In this document: piece by piece, positions 28,754 through 38,066 of the stretch
Layout: each line of letters opens with the position of its first letter
Numbering within the stretch: position 1 is the stretch's first letter
NCBI GenBank assembly: GCA_039028615.1
Contig: JBCCHT010000018.1
Coordinates: 96,001-160,000, forward strand
Length of the DNA: 64,000 nt
Source: Myxococcota bacterium
GTDB lineage: Bacteria > Myxococcota_A > Polyangia > Nannocystales > Nannocystaceae
Reading direction: 5' to 3'
Notes under the pieces: generated by a model
The model's input: the letters and a program-made list of their open reading frames with translations, nothing else
Database searches by the model: none
Told to the model about the DNA's origin: nothing
Made by a program: the position numbers and the translations under genes

Positions 28754-30513
28754 CCTTTGAACCGGTCGATCACGGCCAACAGCTCGCCGCGCGCGGTGGC
28801 GATGTTGGCCGGGTCTTGTTCTTCGAGGGCGAGACGGAAGATCCGCATGGCGGCACCCAGGCGCTCACGGGCGGGCCCTCGCAGCTCGGTGTAGAGGCTC
28901 TCGGCGCGGGCGAGGGCCGTGGTGTTGGGCAGGGCCTCGCGCGGGTGGAACTTGAGCTTCTCGAGCGCCTGACGGGCGGTGGTGACCTGCTCGGGGCTCA
29001 TGCGACCGGGCGAGCGCTGGATGAGCAGAGTGGAGGTCTCGCTCGTCGACACGATGGTCATGTCGACCTCGAGGATGCCGTTGAGGTCGTAGGTGAACCG
29101 AACGTCGATGGCCTCGTCGCCCGCGGTGCCGGCGGGGATGCCCTGCAGGGAGTACTCGCCGAGCTTGGTGTTGTCGCGGCACAGCGAGTGCTCGCCCTGG
29201 AACACCTCGACGCGGATCTGGGTCTGGCCGTCGGCCGCGGTCACGAAGCGCTCGACTCGACTGGCGGGCAGCACGGTGCCGCGCTCGAGGATGGGCGAGA
29301 ACACGTCGTCGAGGCGCCGACGCCCGTGGCTCTCGACGGTGGAGACGCCGAGCGAGAACGGGGCCACGTCGGTGGCGACCATGTCGTCGAGCTGCTCGTC
29401 GCCGGCCTTGAGCGCGACCTGAACCGCGGCCCCCTGCGCGACGGCTTCGTCGGGCGAGATGTTGCGCAGGGCCTCGCGACCGAAGAGGGACTTGGCGAGT
29501 TCACCGATGACCGGCATGCGGGTGGCCCCGCCGACGAGCACGACCTCGTCGATTTGGCCGGGCTCGAGATCGGCGTCGCGCAGCGCCCGGCGAATGGGCG
29601 GGTGCAGGCGCTGGAGCAGCGGCTGCCACAGCTCGCGGGCCTCGTCGAGACCGAGGCTGAGCATCAGCGGCGCGGTGGGGCGATGCGGACCCGGGCGCGG
29701 CACTTCGAGCTGCACGGTGTCCGTCTTGGACAGCGCGCACTTGGCCTTTTCGCACGACTCCCAAAAGCGGGCCCGGGCGTGCAGCACGGCGCGGGGATCG
29801 ACGTCCCATTGCTCCTTGGCGCGCGCGGCCAGGCCTTCGAACAAGCACTCGACGAAGTCTTCGCCGCCCAGCTGGGCATCGCCGGCCGAGGCCTGGATCT
29901 CGATGACGCCCTCGATGATCTCGAGCACGCTGACGTCGAAGGTACCGCCGCCCAGATCGAGCACCGCGATTCGACACTCGCGGTCGCGGTGCTGGAGCCC
30001 GTAGGCCAGGGCGGCGGCGGTGGGCTCGTTGATGAGTCGCTCGACGTTGAGCCCCGCGATCTCGCACGCGTCGCGGGTGGCCCGGCGCTGCAGCTCGCCG
30101 AAGTACGCGGGCACGGTGACCACCGCCTCTTCGACCGGCAGGCCCAGGGCCGCCTCGGCATCGCGCTTGAGCTGGCGCAGGACCAGGGCGGACAGCTCCT
30201 CGGGCCGAAACGCCTGGTTGCCGTAGCGGAACACCCGGTCGGTGCCCATGTCGCGCTTGAAGTTGCGGAAGGTTCGGTCGGGATGGGTCAGGGCTCGGGC
30301 CCGCGCCGAGGCGCCGACCAGGATCGTCCCGTCGTCGTCGATGCTGATCGCACTCGGGGTCTGCCGCTCGCCGAGGCCGTTGGGCAAGATCTCCGCCTGG
30401 CCTTCGCGGAGAACACCGACCAGCGAGTTCGTGGTCCCCAAGTCGATTCCGATGCGCGCACCCGTCAAATCGTCCAAAGCGTAGCATCGCGCGCGGGTCG
30501 GCTCGAAGCACAC
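28750..30513 (-). CDS. hscC: Hsp70-family chaperone, HscC-like (start may be ~30470)
   Basis: IGIDLGTTNS, VTVPAYF, DLGGGTFD, VLVGGATRMP, RFTYDLNGILEV, LKFHPRE. Confidence 0.85.
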   Translation of the reverse strand: MCFEPTRARCYALDDLTGARIGIDLGTTNSLVGVLREGQAEILPNGLGERQTPSAISIDDDGTILVGASARARALTHPDRTFRNFKRDMGTDRVFRYGNQAFRPEELSALVLRQLKRDAEAALGLPVEEAVVTVPAYFGELQRRATRDACEIAGLNVERLINEPTAAALAYGLQHRDRECRIAVLDLGGGTFDVSVLEIIEGVIEIQASAGDAQLGGEDFVECLFEGLAARAKEQWDVDPRAVLHARARFWESCEKAKCALSKTDTVQLEVPRPGPHRPTAPLMLSLGLDEARELWQPLLQRLHPPIRRALRDADLEPGQIDEVVLVGGATRMPVIGELAKSLFGREALRNISPDEAVAQGAAVQVALKAGDEQLDDMVATDVAPFSLGVSTVESHGRRRLDDVFSPILERGTVLPASRVERFVTAADGQTQIRVEVFQGEHSLCRDNTKLGEYSLQGIPAGTAGDEAIDVRFTYDLNGILEVDMTIVSTSETSTLLIQRSPGRMSPEQVTTARQALEKLKFHPREALPNTTALARAESLYTELRGPARERLGAAMRIFRLALEEQDPANIATARGELLAVIDRFKG

Positions 30514-30610
30514 GCGGACCCGCGTCGAACGGCCCGCTGGTTCAAAGGGCCTGAGTGCAGCCGGATGCCGCCTTGGTACGCCGATCGTTCGGGTTTTTCG
30601 TGGCCGCGAG

Positions 30611-31450
30611 TTGGCCGGGTCCGCATCGACCGACTATCGTCGGGCAACCGTGACGCGGGCCACGCTTCGTTACACGATCGACAACGGGATCAAGCCAGTC
30701 AACAAGACGGTGGGTCCGGGAGGGCGGCTTCGCGAGCGCAGCGGGGGCCTCGAGGACGACCACGAGGTCGAGGTCGCCGACGGACGCGCGGCGGCGGACT
30801 CGCTGGTCCTCGACCGCGAGGGGTTCGAGCTGGTCTCCCATCCGACGGCGGTGTCCGACTTCTGGGACGAGCCCGCCCGCCGTGCCGTCTACGACGCGGA
30901 GGTCGAGCGGCTCGTCGCCGATCGAACCGGAGCCTCGCGCGTCGTGGTCTTCGATCACACCGTGCGCTCCACCGACCCCTCCAAGCACGAGGCTCACCAC
31001 GCGCGCGAGCCGGTGCAGTTGATCCACAACGACTACACGGAGTGGTCGGGACCGCAGCGCGTTCGCGATGTGCTGCCGGACGAAGCGGAGGCTCTGCTCT
31101 CACGTCGCTTCGCCATCGTGCAGGTGTGGCGACCGACGGGGCCGCCCATCGAGCAGTTTCCCCTGGCGCTGTGCGACGCGCGGTCGCTCGACGCCGCCGA
31201 TCTCATCGCGGCCGAGCGACGCCATCCCAACCGCGTCGGCGAGATCTATCAAGTGTCGTACTCACCGCGTCATCGCTGGTACGGCTTCGCGGGCATGCGG
31301 CGCGACGAGGCGCTGGTGTTCAAGGTGTTCGACTCGCGTCGCGACGTCGCCCGGTTCACGGCGCACACCTCGTACGCCGACCCGAGCACTCCGGCGGAGC
31401 CTGCCCCGCGCGAGAGCATCGAGGTACGCACCCTGGCGTTCTTCGACTGA
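30611..31450 (+). CDS. CmcJ/NvfI-like oxidoreductase
   Basis: LDREGF, FDHTVR, HNDYT, QVWRP, PLALCD, AHTS, RESIEVR. Confidence 0.8.
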   Translation: MAGSASTDYRRATVTRATLRYTIDNGIKPVNKTVGPGGRLRERSGGLEDDHEVEVADGRAAADSLVLDREGFELVSHPTAVSDFWDEPARRAVYDAEVERLVADRTGASRVVVFDHTVRSTDPSKHEAHHAREPVQLIHNDYTEWSGPQRVRDVLPDEAEALLSRRFAIVQVWRPTGPPIEQFPLALCDARSLDAADLIAAERRHPNRVGEIYQVSYSPRHRWYGFAGMRRDEALVFKVFDSRRDVARFTAHTSYADPSTPAEPAPRESIEVRTLAFFD

Positions 31451-31604
31451 TCACCGCCTTAGCTCACGTCTGCGGGGCGATCCCGCCCGCCGCTGGATCC
31501 GCGAGTTCAGCCTCCAATCACCCTGTAGCTGGCTCCTGAGCCCATTTTTGGCGCGGTCTTGCCAAGCCTCCGGGGCTGGTCTAGGGATCGCCCCCCAACA
31601 ACCC

Positions 31605-31650
31605 CTCCTTGCTCCCGCCTGCGTGCGGGGGCCCACCAGTCCGAAAGGAG
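31605..31650 (+). promoter_or_regulatory. S6:S18 ribosomal protein leader (autoregulatory RNA)
   Basis: CTCCTT can pair with the AAGGAG SD; internal hairpin; CCG just before the SD, as in known rpsF leaders. Confidence 0.7.
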
Positions 31651-31655
31651 TGCCC

Positions 31656-32237
31656 ATGGCCGAAGCAACTGCTAAGGGCGTCGTGCGCTCGGTATCCTCC
31701 AAGCAGGGAACCCAGCGCGAGTACGAGTCCGTCATCATCCTCCGTCCTTCCACCGGCAAGCCCGAGATCAGCCAGCTCATCGAGCGGATCCAGGGCATGT
31801 TCGGCGACTTCAGTGGTCGCCTGATCAAGATCGACAGCTGGGGCACGCGCATGCTCGCGTTCCCGGTCCGCCACGAGCGCAAGGGCATCTACCTGTACTG
31901 GCGCTTCCTGGGCGGCTCCGACATCGTCGCCGAGTTCGAGCGTCTGATGGGTCTGTCCGACAAGGTCATGCGCTGCTACACGATCAAGATCGACGAGGAC
32001 GTCGATCCCGAGGCCCGGCCCAGCGAGGTCACCGAGGAGCTCCTCGATGCCGCCGCCGACCCCGGCCCCGACCCCGAAGAGGTCGCCCGCCTCGCCGCTG
32101 AGGAAGCGGCCCGCAAGGCCGCCGAGGAGGCTGCTGCCGCCGAGGCCGAGGCTGCCAAGGCCGCCGAGCAGGCCGCCGCTGCCGCCGAGCAGTCCGCCGA
32201 CACCCCGACCCAAGCCGCACAGGAGACCGAAGGATGA
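31656..32237 (+). CDS. rpsF: 30S ribosomal protein S6 with acidic Ala-rich tail
   Basis: [33 protein letters not shown]. Confidence 0.93.
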   Translation: MAEATAKGVVRSVSSKQGTQREYESVIILRPSTGKPEISQLIERIQGMFGDFSGRLIKIDSWGTRMLAFPVRHERKGIYLYWRFLGGSDIVAEFERLMGLSDKVMRCYTIKIDEDVDPEARPSEVTEELLDAAADPGPDPEEVARLAAEEAARKAAEEAAAAEAEAAKAAEQAAAAAEQSADTPTQAAQETEG

Positions 32238-32506
32238 GCGAAGAACGAGGAAGAGATCGCGGTGACCGTGGTGATCGCGGCGAGCGTGGCGAGGGCAGCA
32301 GCCGTCGCAAGCGCTTCGCGATGGTCGCGGACAAGAACTTGGTGCTGGACTACAAAAACCCCCAGCTGCTCAAGAACTTCTTGACCGACCGCGGCAAGAT
32401 CGTCCCCGCTCGCATCTCCGGGCTCTCCGCCCGTCAGCAGCGGCAGCTCACCAAGGCCATCAAGCGCGCGCGCATGCTGGCCCTGCTTCCCTACACCTCG
32501 GCCTGA
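32234..32506 (+). CDS. rpsR: 30S ribosomal protein S18 (Cys-free form)
   Basis: [39 protein letters not shown]. Confidence 0.96.
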   Translation: MSEERGRDRGDRGDRGERGEGSSRRKRFAMVADKNLVLDYKNPQLLKNFLTDRGKIVPARISGLSARQQRQLTKAIKRARMLALLPYTSA

Positions 32507-32525
32507 GGCCGACGAGGAGCCCGTC

Positions 32526-32972
32526 ATGATCAGCGTCATTCTGAAGCAAGACGTCGACAACCTCGGTCGGGCCGGTGAGATCGTCCAGGTCAAGCCCGGT
32601 TATGGCCGTAACTTCCTCATTCCGCGCGGCATGGCTCTGCTGGCCACGCGCGGCAATGTGGCGCAGCACGAGCACCACCGCCGTGCCATCGAGGCCGAGC
32701 AGGCCCGCATCCACGAGAAGCAGCGCGAGATCGCTGCCGTGCTCGAGAAGACCAAGGTCTCGATCGCGCGCAAGGCCGGCAAGGACGGCAAGCTCTTTGG
32801 CTCGGTCGGTTCGCGCGACATCGTCGACGCGCTCGCGATGCAGAACCTCGAGCTCGATCGTCGCCTGGTCAAGCTCGACGATCCGATCCGCGAGACCGGT
32901 AGCTTCGACGTGGTCGTGCGCTTCAGCGCCGACATCCAGGTCGAGCTGAAGGTCAACGTCATCGGTATCTGA
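32526..32972 (+). CDS. rplI: 50S ribosomal protein L9
   Basis: VILKQDVDNLG, VKPGYGRNFLIP, KLFGSV. Confidence 0.97.
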   Translation: MISVILKQDVDNLGRAGEIVQVKPGYGRNFLIPRGMALLATRGNVAQHEHHRRAIEAEQARIHEKQREIAAVLEKTKVSIARKAGKDGKLFGSVGSRDIVDALAMQNLELDRRLVKLDDPIRETGSFDVVVRFSADIQVELKVNVIGI

Positions 32973-32997
32973 AATCGAGCCTCGCTCGATGACAGCC

Positions 32998-33035
32998 ACG
33001 AAGGCCGGTCGCAAGACCGGCCTTCGTTCGTTTCG
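32998..33035 (+). terminator. Terminator hairpin after rplI
   Basis: ACGAAGGCCGGTC-GCAA-GACCGGCCTTCGT followed by a T-rich run. Confidence 0.75.
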
Positions 33036-33103
33036 AAGCTGCGACTCGCTCCTACATCGGCATTGGGCCGCCCGCCTCGACGCGGGGCTGCTAAGCTCGA
33101 CGC

Positions 33104-33568
33104 ATGGCTTCAAAGAAGAAAATACAGCCGAGCCCGCCGCCCAGCGGTCCCGCGCTGTGCAAACCGGTCTTGGGCGCCCTGTTGATGTCGATGCCCGCGG
33201 CGGGCTGCGGCGACGACTCGGGCTCCGAGAGCACCAGCAGCAGCGCGAGTACCAGCACCACGGGCGACGGCACCACGGACATCGCGCCCATGCCCGGCCC
33301 CACCGACACCAACCTTCCGCCGATGGAGCCGCCCACGGGTGATACCGCGGCCGAGGTCGGGGAGACGACCGGAGACGACAGCACCTCGGATGGCTCACCG
33401 ATGCCGCCGCCCACCGGGGATGACACGGGCACGACGGGCGAGGACACGGGCACGACGGGCGAGGACACGGGCACGAGCGAAGGCAGCGAGTCGGGTGACA
33501 TCCCGCCGATGCCTCCCCCCATGCCGCCGCCTCCGATGCCCGCGCCGATGCCCGATCCCGGCGACTAG
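33104..33568 (+). CDS. Low-complexity Pro/Met/Thr/Asp-rich putative lipoprotein
   Basis: AAGC lipobox-like motif, repeated PM motifs, 21-bp DTGTTGE repeats. Confidence 0.65.
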   Translation: MASKKKIQPSPPPSGPALCKPVLGALLMSMPAAGCGDDSGSESTSSSASTSTTGDGTTDIAPMPGPTDTNLPPMEPPTGDTAAEVGETTGDDSTSDGSPMPPPTGDDTGTTGEDTGTTGEDTGTSEGSESGDIPPMPPPMPPPPMPAPMPDPGD

Positions 33569-33595
33569 CCGCCCGCACCGTCACTCGAGCCACTC

Positions 33596-34615
33596 GTGAA
33601 GCGAAAGCTCGTTCGTTCGCGCAAGGGACGGTCGCGTACGCGGCCGTCCGCGTCGGCCGTGGCTCCGTCGTGGCAGCGCTGGGTCGCGGACAACCTGCTG
33701 CGCGGCGTGGACGGGCCCGATCTCGTCGACGGGCTCGTCGGCGGTGGTGTGCCCCCAGGGTTGGCGCGGCGCACCGTGGCCGAGATCGCGGCTTCGCCCG
33801 GGCTGGCAGCGGCGCGCGAGAGTCAGCGTCGGGCCAACCGCACGGCGCAGGTCGTTCGCCTCGACACCGAGCTCCGCGGCGGCGCCGTGCTGCGCAGGGA
33901 AGCGCCGGGCGCCGACGAGTTCTTTGCCAACGACTGGGCGCTGGGACGCCCGGCGATCTTCACCGACGTCATTCCTCGATGGCATCGACGCTGGACCCCC
34001 GAGTACCTGCGCGAGCGCTATGGCGACGTGGAGGTGCAGGCGTGTCTGGGTCGCGACCGTGATCCGCGACCGGACGCGAACTGGCAGCGACACGCCATCA
34101 CGCTGACCTTCGGCGAGTACATCACCCGGGTGCTGGAGACCGAGTCGGGCAACGACCTGTACCTGATCGCCAACAACCACAACACCGCCCGCCCGGAGCT
34201 GCAGTCGTTGTGGGAGGACCTGGTGCTGCCCGAGGGGTGGTTCAACGAGCCGAAGCTCGCCAACGGTTCGGCGCTGTGGGTGGGGCCCGCTGGCACTCAT
34301 ACCCCGCTGCACCACGACACCTCGAACATCTTGTTCTGTCAGGTCTACGGGAGAAAGCGGATCGTGCTCGCGCCTCCGGGCGCGCCCGCGCTGCTCGATG
34401 CGGCCGACGGGGTCTACAGCGGCATGACGGCGGAACAGGCGCTGGCGGCCGATCTCGGGGCGGTGGAGGTCGTCGTCGAGCCCGGCGAAGCGTTGTTCAT
34501 CCCGGTGGGCTGGTGGCACGACGTGCTCGCGCTCGATGTCTCGGTGAGCCTGGCGATCAACGCCTTTGCGCGGCCGAACGTGTTTTCTTGGTACACACCC
34601 GGCGCGCTGCGTTGA
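33596..34615 (+). CDS. JmjC/cupin-like Fe(II)/2OG oxygenase
   Basis: LWVGPAGTHTPLHHD, QVYGRK, PGEALFIPVGWWHDV. Confidence 0.88.
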   Translation: MKRKLVRSRKGRSRTRPSASAVAPSWQRWVADNLLRGVDGPDLVDGLVGGGVPPGLARRTVAEIAASPGLAAARESQRRANRTAQVVRLDTELRGGAVLRREAPGADEFFANDWALGRPAIFTDVIPRWHRRWTPEYLRERYGDVEVQACLGRDRDPRPDANWQRHAITLTFGEYITRVLETESGNDLYLIANNHNTARPELQSLWEDLVLPEGWFNEPKLANGSALWVGPAGTHTPLHHDTSNILFCQVYGRKRIVLAPPGAPALLDAADGVYSGMTAEQALAADLGAVEVVVEPGEALFIPVGWWHDVLALDVSVSLAINAFARPNVFSWYTPGALR

Positions 34616-34631
34616 GGTATATCGAAGGACG

Positions 34632-35201
34632 ATGTCCTTCTTCGACGACGAGGCCAATGTCGACCAGTACCTGCAAATGGCCGAGGGCTACGATGGCGCC
34701 GCCCTGGTCGAGGTGCTGGGTCGCCACTTGCAGCCCGGGGCCTCCGTACTCGAGCTCGGGATGGGCCCGGGCAAGGACCTGGCGCTGCTGAGCGACGCGG
34801 GCTTCGAGCCGACGGGCTCTGATGCGTCGGAGGTCTTCGTGCGTCGCTACATGGATGGCGGTGGGGCTCACCCGGTGTTGTTGCTCGACGCGGTCACCCT
34901 CGACACCGACGAGCGCTTCCATGCGATCTACTCGAACAAGGTGCTGCAGCACCTGACCCGCGCCGACTTTCGAGCCTCGTTGTCGCGACAGGCCGAGCTG
35001 ATCCCCACGGGCGGGGTCATGCTGCACTCGCTGTGGTACGGCACGGCCGACGAAGAGCACGGCGGGCTCCGCTTCACCCAGCACGACGAGGCGAGCATTC
35101 GAACGTCGTTGCCCGACTCGCTCGAGCTGGTCGCCCACGAGCGCTACACGGAGATGGACGCCGACGACTCGATCTGGGTCGTGCTTCAGAAGCGGCCGTG
35201 A
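34632..35201 (+). CDS. Class I SAM-dependent methyltransferase
   Basis: VLELGMGPG, GSDAS, IYSNKVLQH. Confidence 0.85.
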   Translation: MSFFDDEANVDQYLQMAEGYDGAALVEVLGRHLQPGASVLELGMGPGKDLALLSDAGFEPTGSDASEVFVRRYMDGGGAHPVLLLDAVTLDTDERFHAIYSNKVLQHLTRADFRASLSRQAELIPTGGVMLHSLWYGTADEEHGGLRFTQHDEASIRTSLPDSLELVAHERYTEMDADDSIWVVLQKRP

Positions 35202-35740
35202 AGGGCCAGCGTGCCGCCACCGCGGGTGGGGGCGGCCGCCAGCCGTAGTCGCATGGCCCGACGATGGCGTAGCAGCGGCACCGCGCCCACCGTCATGTAG
35301 GCCATGCCCATCGCCTGCATGAAGCCGAAGTTCACCAGGGCCACGGTGAAGCCTCCGCACTTGCAGACCCCGGCTGCAGCCATGGGCCCGAGGCCGGGGA
35401 TCAGCATGAGCTTGGCCGCCCGCATCGCGGAGCGCTCGGAGAGCTGGAGCACGCCGTCCTCGATGCGTTTGTCGATCATCACCGCCGCGGTCAGGGTGCC
35501 GCCGAGGTAGGCCAGCCCGAACAGCACGCCGCCGCCGATGAGGAAGCCACGCTTTCTCTTGATCGCGCTGTTGGAGAGCTTCTTGCCGGGGAACCGATGG
35601 ACGGGAGGCGGATCGAGCTGAGGTTGATGGCTCGGGGCGACGACGGTCGGGGTCGGCGTCGTGGCCTGGGCCGGCGGTGACGGAGTCGACACGAAGGCGC
35701 CCGCGGCCAGTGCCAGCGAGCCCAAGGCAGACAGCGCCAT
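35186..35740 (-). CDS. Hypothetical exported/membrane protein
   Basis: Signal peptide, Pro-rich linker, LIPGLGP, C-terminal GRF. Confidence 0.6.
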   Translation of the reverse strand: MALSALGSLALAAGAFVSTPSPPAQATTPTPTVVAPSHQPQLDPPPVHRFPGKKLSNSAIKRKRGFLIGGGVLFGLAYLGGTLTAAVMIDKRIEDGVLQLSERSAMRAAKLMLIPGLGPMAAAGVCKCGGFTVALVNFGFMQAMGMAYMTVGAVPLLRHRRAMRLRLAAAPTRGGGTLALHGRF

Positions 35741-35742
35741 GG

Positions 35743-36420
35743 CTAGAACCTCAGCCCCACCGAGACCTGGGCACCGCGGCTCGAGGCCATGCCGGTCACG
35801 TTGAGCCGCTCGAGTCGCTTGGCGCGACCGAGCCGCGCGATGCCGAGGACGACGAGCCCCGCCCCGAGCCCCTGCGTCAGCCCAGCCACGCCCGCGGCCC
35901 AGGCCCGCGTGGCGGTGTCGGCTCGGGCGATGGCCAAGCCGGGGCCGATCCCGGGGATCAGCAGCGCTCGACCGAATCGGCGGCGGTCGTCGGCCCGTGC
36001 CGATTCGTCGACATCGAGGGTGTCGGGGTCATCGACCATGTCGCGGGCACGATCGATGGCCAGCGCGCCCGCCAACGACGTGAACAGGTACGACACACCG
36101 CTGACCATGGCGCCGCTGATGATCAGGCCGCGGCCGCTCTTGCGATCCTTGCGGACCTGATCGGCGCGCTCCCACTGCCGCAGCTGCTCGGGCGTGGGCG
36201 GAGGCGGAGGCGCGGGCTTGGGCGGCGGCGGGGTTGCAGCCGGCTCCGAGGTCACCTCGACGGTGACCTCGGTCGTGGTGGTGGACGTGGGCTCGGCGGC
36301 GACGGCCACGGTGCGCAGGTTGGCGACCGTGGCCGGGGTGGCCGACGCAGACAGGGGCAGCGCGAGCGTCATCAACGACGCCGCGCCCGTAAGGGCTAGT
36401 CGATTCATGGGGACCTGCAC
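35743..36420 (-). CDS. Hypothetical exported/membrane protein, paralog of the neighbour
   Basis: Signal peptide, Pro-rich linker, LIPGIGP, C-terminal LRF. Confidence 0.62.
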   Translation of the reverse strand: MQVPMNRLALTGAASLMTLALPLSASATPATVANLRTVAVAAEPTSTTTTEVTVEVTSEPAATPPPPKPAPPPPPTPEQLRQWERADQVRKDRKSGRGLIISGAMVSGVSYLFTSLAGALAIDRARDMVDDPDTLDVDESARADDRRRFGRALLIPGIGPGLAIARADTATRAWAAGVAGLTQGLGAGLVVLGIARLGRAKRLERLNVTGMASSRGAQVSVGLRF

Positions 36421-36539
36421 GCCGGGCGTGCTCGTGGGCGGTAGTGCCGGTCCCCGGTCGGACGATCATGGGTCCAACGAATCTCGGAGTTTCGCGTCGG
36501 GCCTGAATATTCGGCGTGAACGCGACGTCGTCGGCGATT

Positions 36540-38066
36540 TCAGCGAGGGTCGTGCACGACGATGGTGGCGCTGACCTTGGCCTTGCGGTCGCGTTCGGTG
36601 CGGGCCACGACGCGCGTGTCGGGCAGGCCGAAGCGGTCGATGGCATGCGAGACCACGCGGCGTCCCGCATCGGGCGAGCGCGGTACCCAGACCTCGATGG
36701 TCGAGCGGGAGAACACGCCCGCGAGGAAGCCGACCTCGCTCACCAGCGCCGACTCGGCCTCGGGCGACAGCCGTCGACCGCGAACCTCGTGGGTGAGCAG
36801 GACCTCGCCCATCGGCTCGTTCGTCGTCGAGGTGGACGAAGTGTTCGAGACCGGCTGCGGCCGAACGCCCGAGGACTGTCGCGCGAGGTCGGCGATGACC
36901 GCCGCGCTCAAGGGGATCCGCTCGGGCGGCGGGGTGGTCAGCAAGCCGACGTCGCGCCATAGATCCCAGGTGCGGTGAAACAGCACGTCGAGGTTGACGG
37001 CGCCGCGCCCCGACAGGCCGGCTGCCTGCGCGCTGGCGTGCAGATCGGTGAACTCCATCCAGCCCAGGGCATCGATGAGGTCGACCGCCTCCGGGGCCCC
37101 GGACGCTTCGGACAGTGCTCGGGCGGCGGCGGGGGGATCGAGCGCGAGGGTCTCGACACCGCCCAGCCACACGCGCGACCACTCGACCAGATCGGCCTGG
37201 CGTCGCTCGAGCACGCCCGCGGGGGCCACTGCGACCACGGGCACGAGGTGGGTGGCATCGGCGGTGGAGATCACCAGATCGCGGGCATCGATCTGCCGCG
37301 ACCGACGACGCTCGACCGCCCGCAATGGGTACCGACGCGACTTGTTGCTGGGTTCGACCAGTCGCACGCGGGACGCGGGCAGCCCCGCCTGGTCGAGGAC
37401 GAACAAGCCCAGCAGCGAGGGCGAGGAACCGGCCTCTCCCTGCAACCGAAGCTCGCCGCGTGGCAGGTGATCGAGCATGGCGGACGTACCCACGACCGCA
37501 TCGCGACCGCGGGACCAGGCCACGACCTGGAACACCTGGGGAGACAGGGCTCGCAGTCGCTCGTACGAGGCCACGAAGGCGGGCAGCGGCATCAGGGCGA
37601 TGTCGGCTCCTCGCTCGTCGCTCCCGCCTCGACCCAGCCGCACTTCGATCGCCTCGGGGGAGGTGACGGAGGCAAAGGTGACGGGCAGCCCCGCCTTGCC
37701 GAACGCGTGCTCGGTATTCGGCTTCAGCCCACCGTTGGCCAGCACGCCCGGGGCCAGGACCTCCCAGTCCAGCGCCACGACCTTGAGCGGCTCGCGGGGG
37801 GCCACGGGCTCGGCCGGGTCGGCGTTCGTCGTGCTCGCCGTCGCGACCACTTCGCCATCGGCCGTGGCCTCGACTGCAGGCGTCGTGCCTTCGGCGTTGG
37901 GCTCGGGCTCGGCCGTGGCTTCCGCTTCGGCTTCGACCTCGGAGGCACTGGCGGTGGCGACCTCGACCGGAGGCCAGGCGGGGCGAGGCCGGGTGACGGC
38001 CAGACCGGTCACCACTCCCAGCATGCTCACCAATCCCAGGAAGACTGCTACGCGTCGCATTACCAC
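36540..38066 (-). CDS. Substrate-binding-protein-like (SsuA/NMT1-type) protein with extra C-terminal domain
   Basis: N-terminal TM, PGVLANGG, WSRGRDAVV. Confidence 0.55.
   Translation of the reverse strand: MVMRRVAVFLGLVSMLGVVTGLAVTRPRPAWPPVEVATASASEVEAEAEATAEPEPNAEGTTPAVEATADGEVVATASTTNADPAEPVAPREPLKVVALDWEVLAPGVLANGGLKPNTEHAFGKAGLPVTFASVTSPEAIEVRLGRGGSDERGADIALMPLPAFVASYERLRALSPQVFQVVAWSRGRDAVVGTSAMLDHLPRGELRLQGEAGSSPSLLGLFVLDQAGLPASRVRLVEPSNKSRRYPLRAVERRRSRQIDARDLVISTADATHLVPVVAVAPAGVLERRQADLVEWSRVWLGGVETLALDPPAAARALSEASGAPEAVDLIDALGWMEFTDLHASAQAAGLSGRGAVNLDVLFHRTWDLWRDVGLLTTPPPERIPLSAAVIADLARQSSGVRPQPVSNTSSTSTTNEPMGEVLLTHEVRGRRLSPEAESALVSEVGFLAGVFSRSTIEVWVPRSPDAGRRVVSHAIDRFGLPDTRVVARTERDRKAKVSATIVVHDPR

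Noticed and set aside
28816..31539. Long antisense/shadow ORFs (also 59241-61748 and 16437-18263)
   Set aside because: They are stop-poor frames typical of high-GC DNA and overlap well-supported genes
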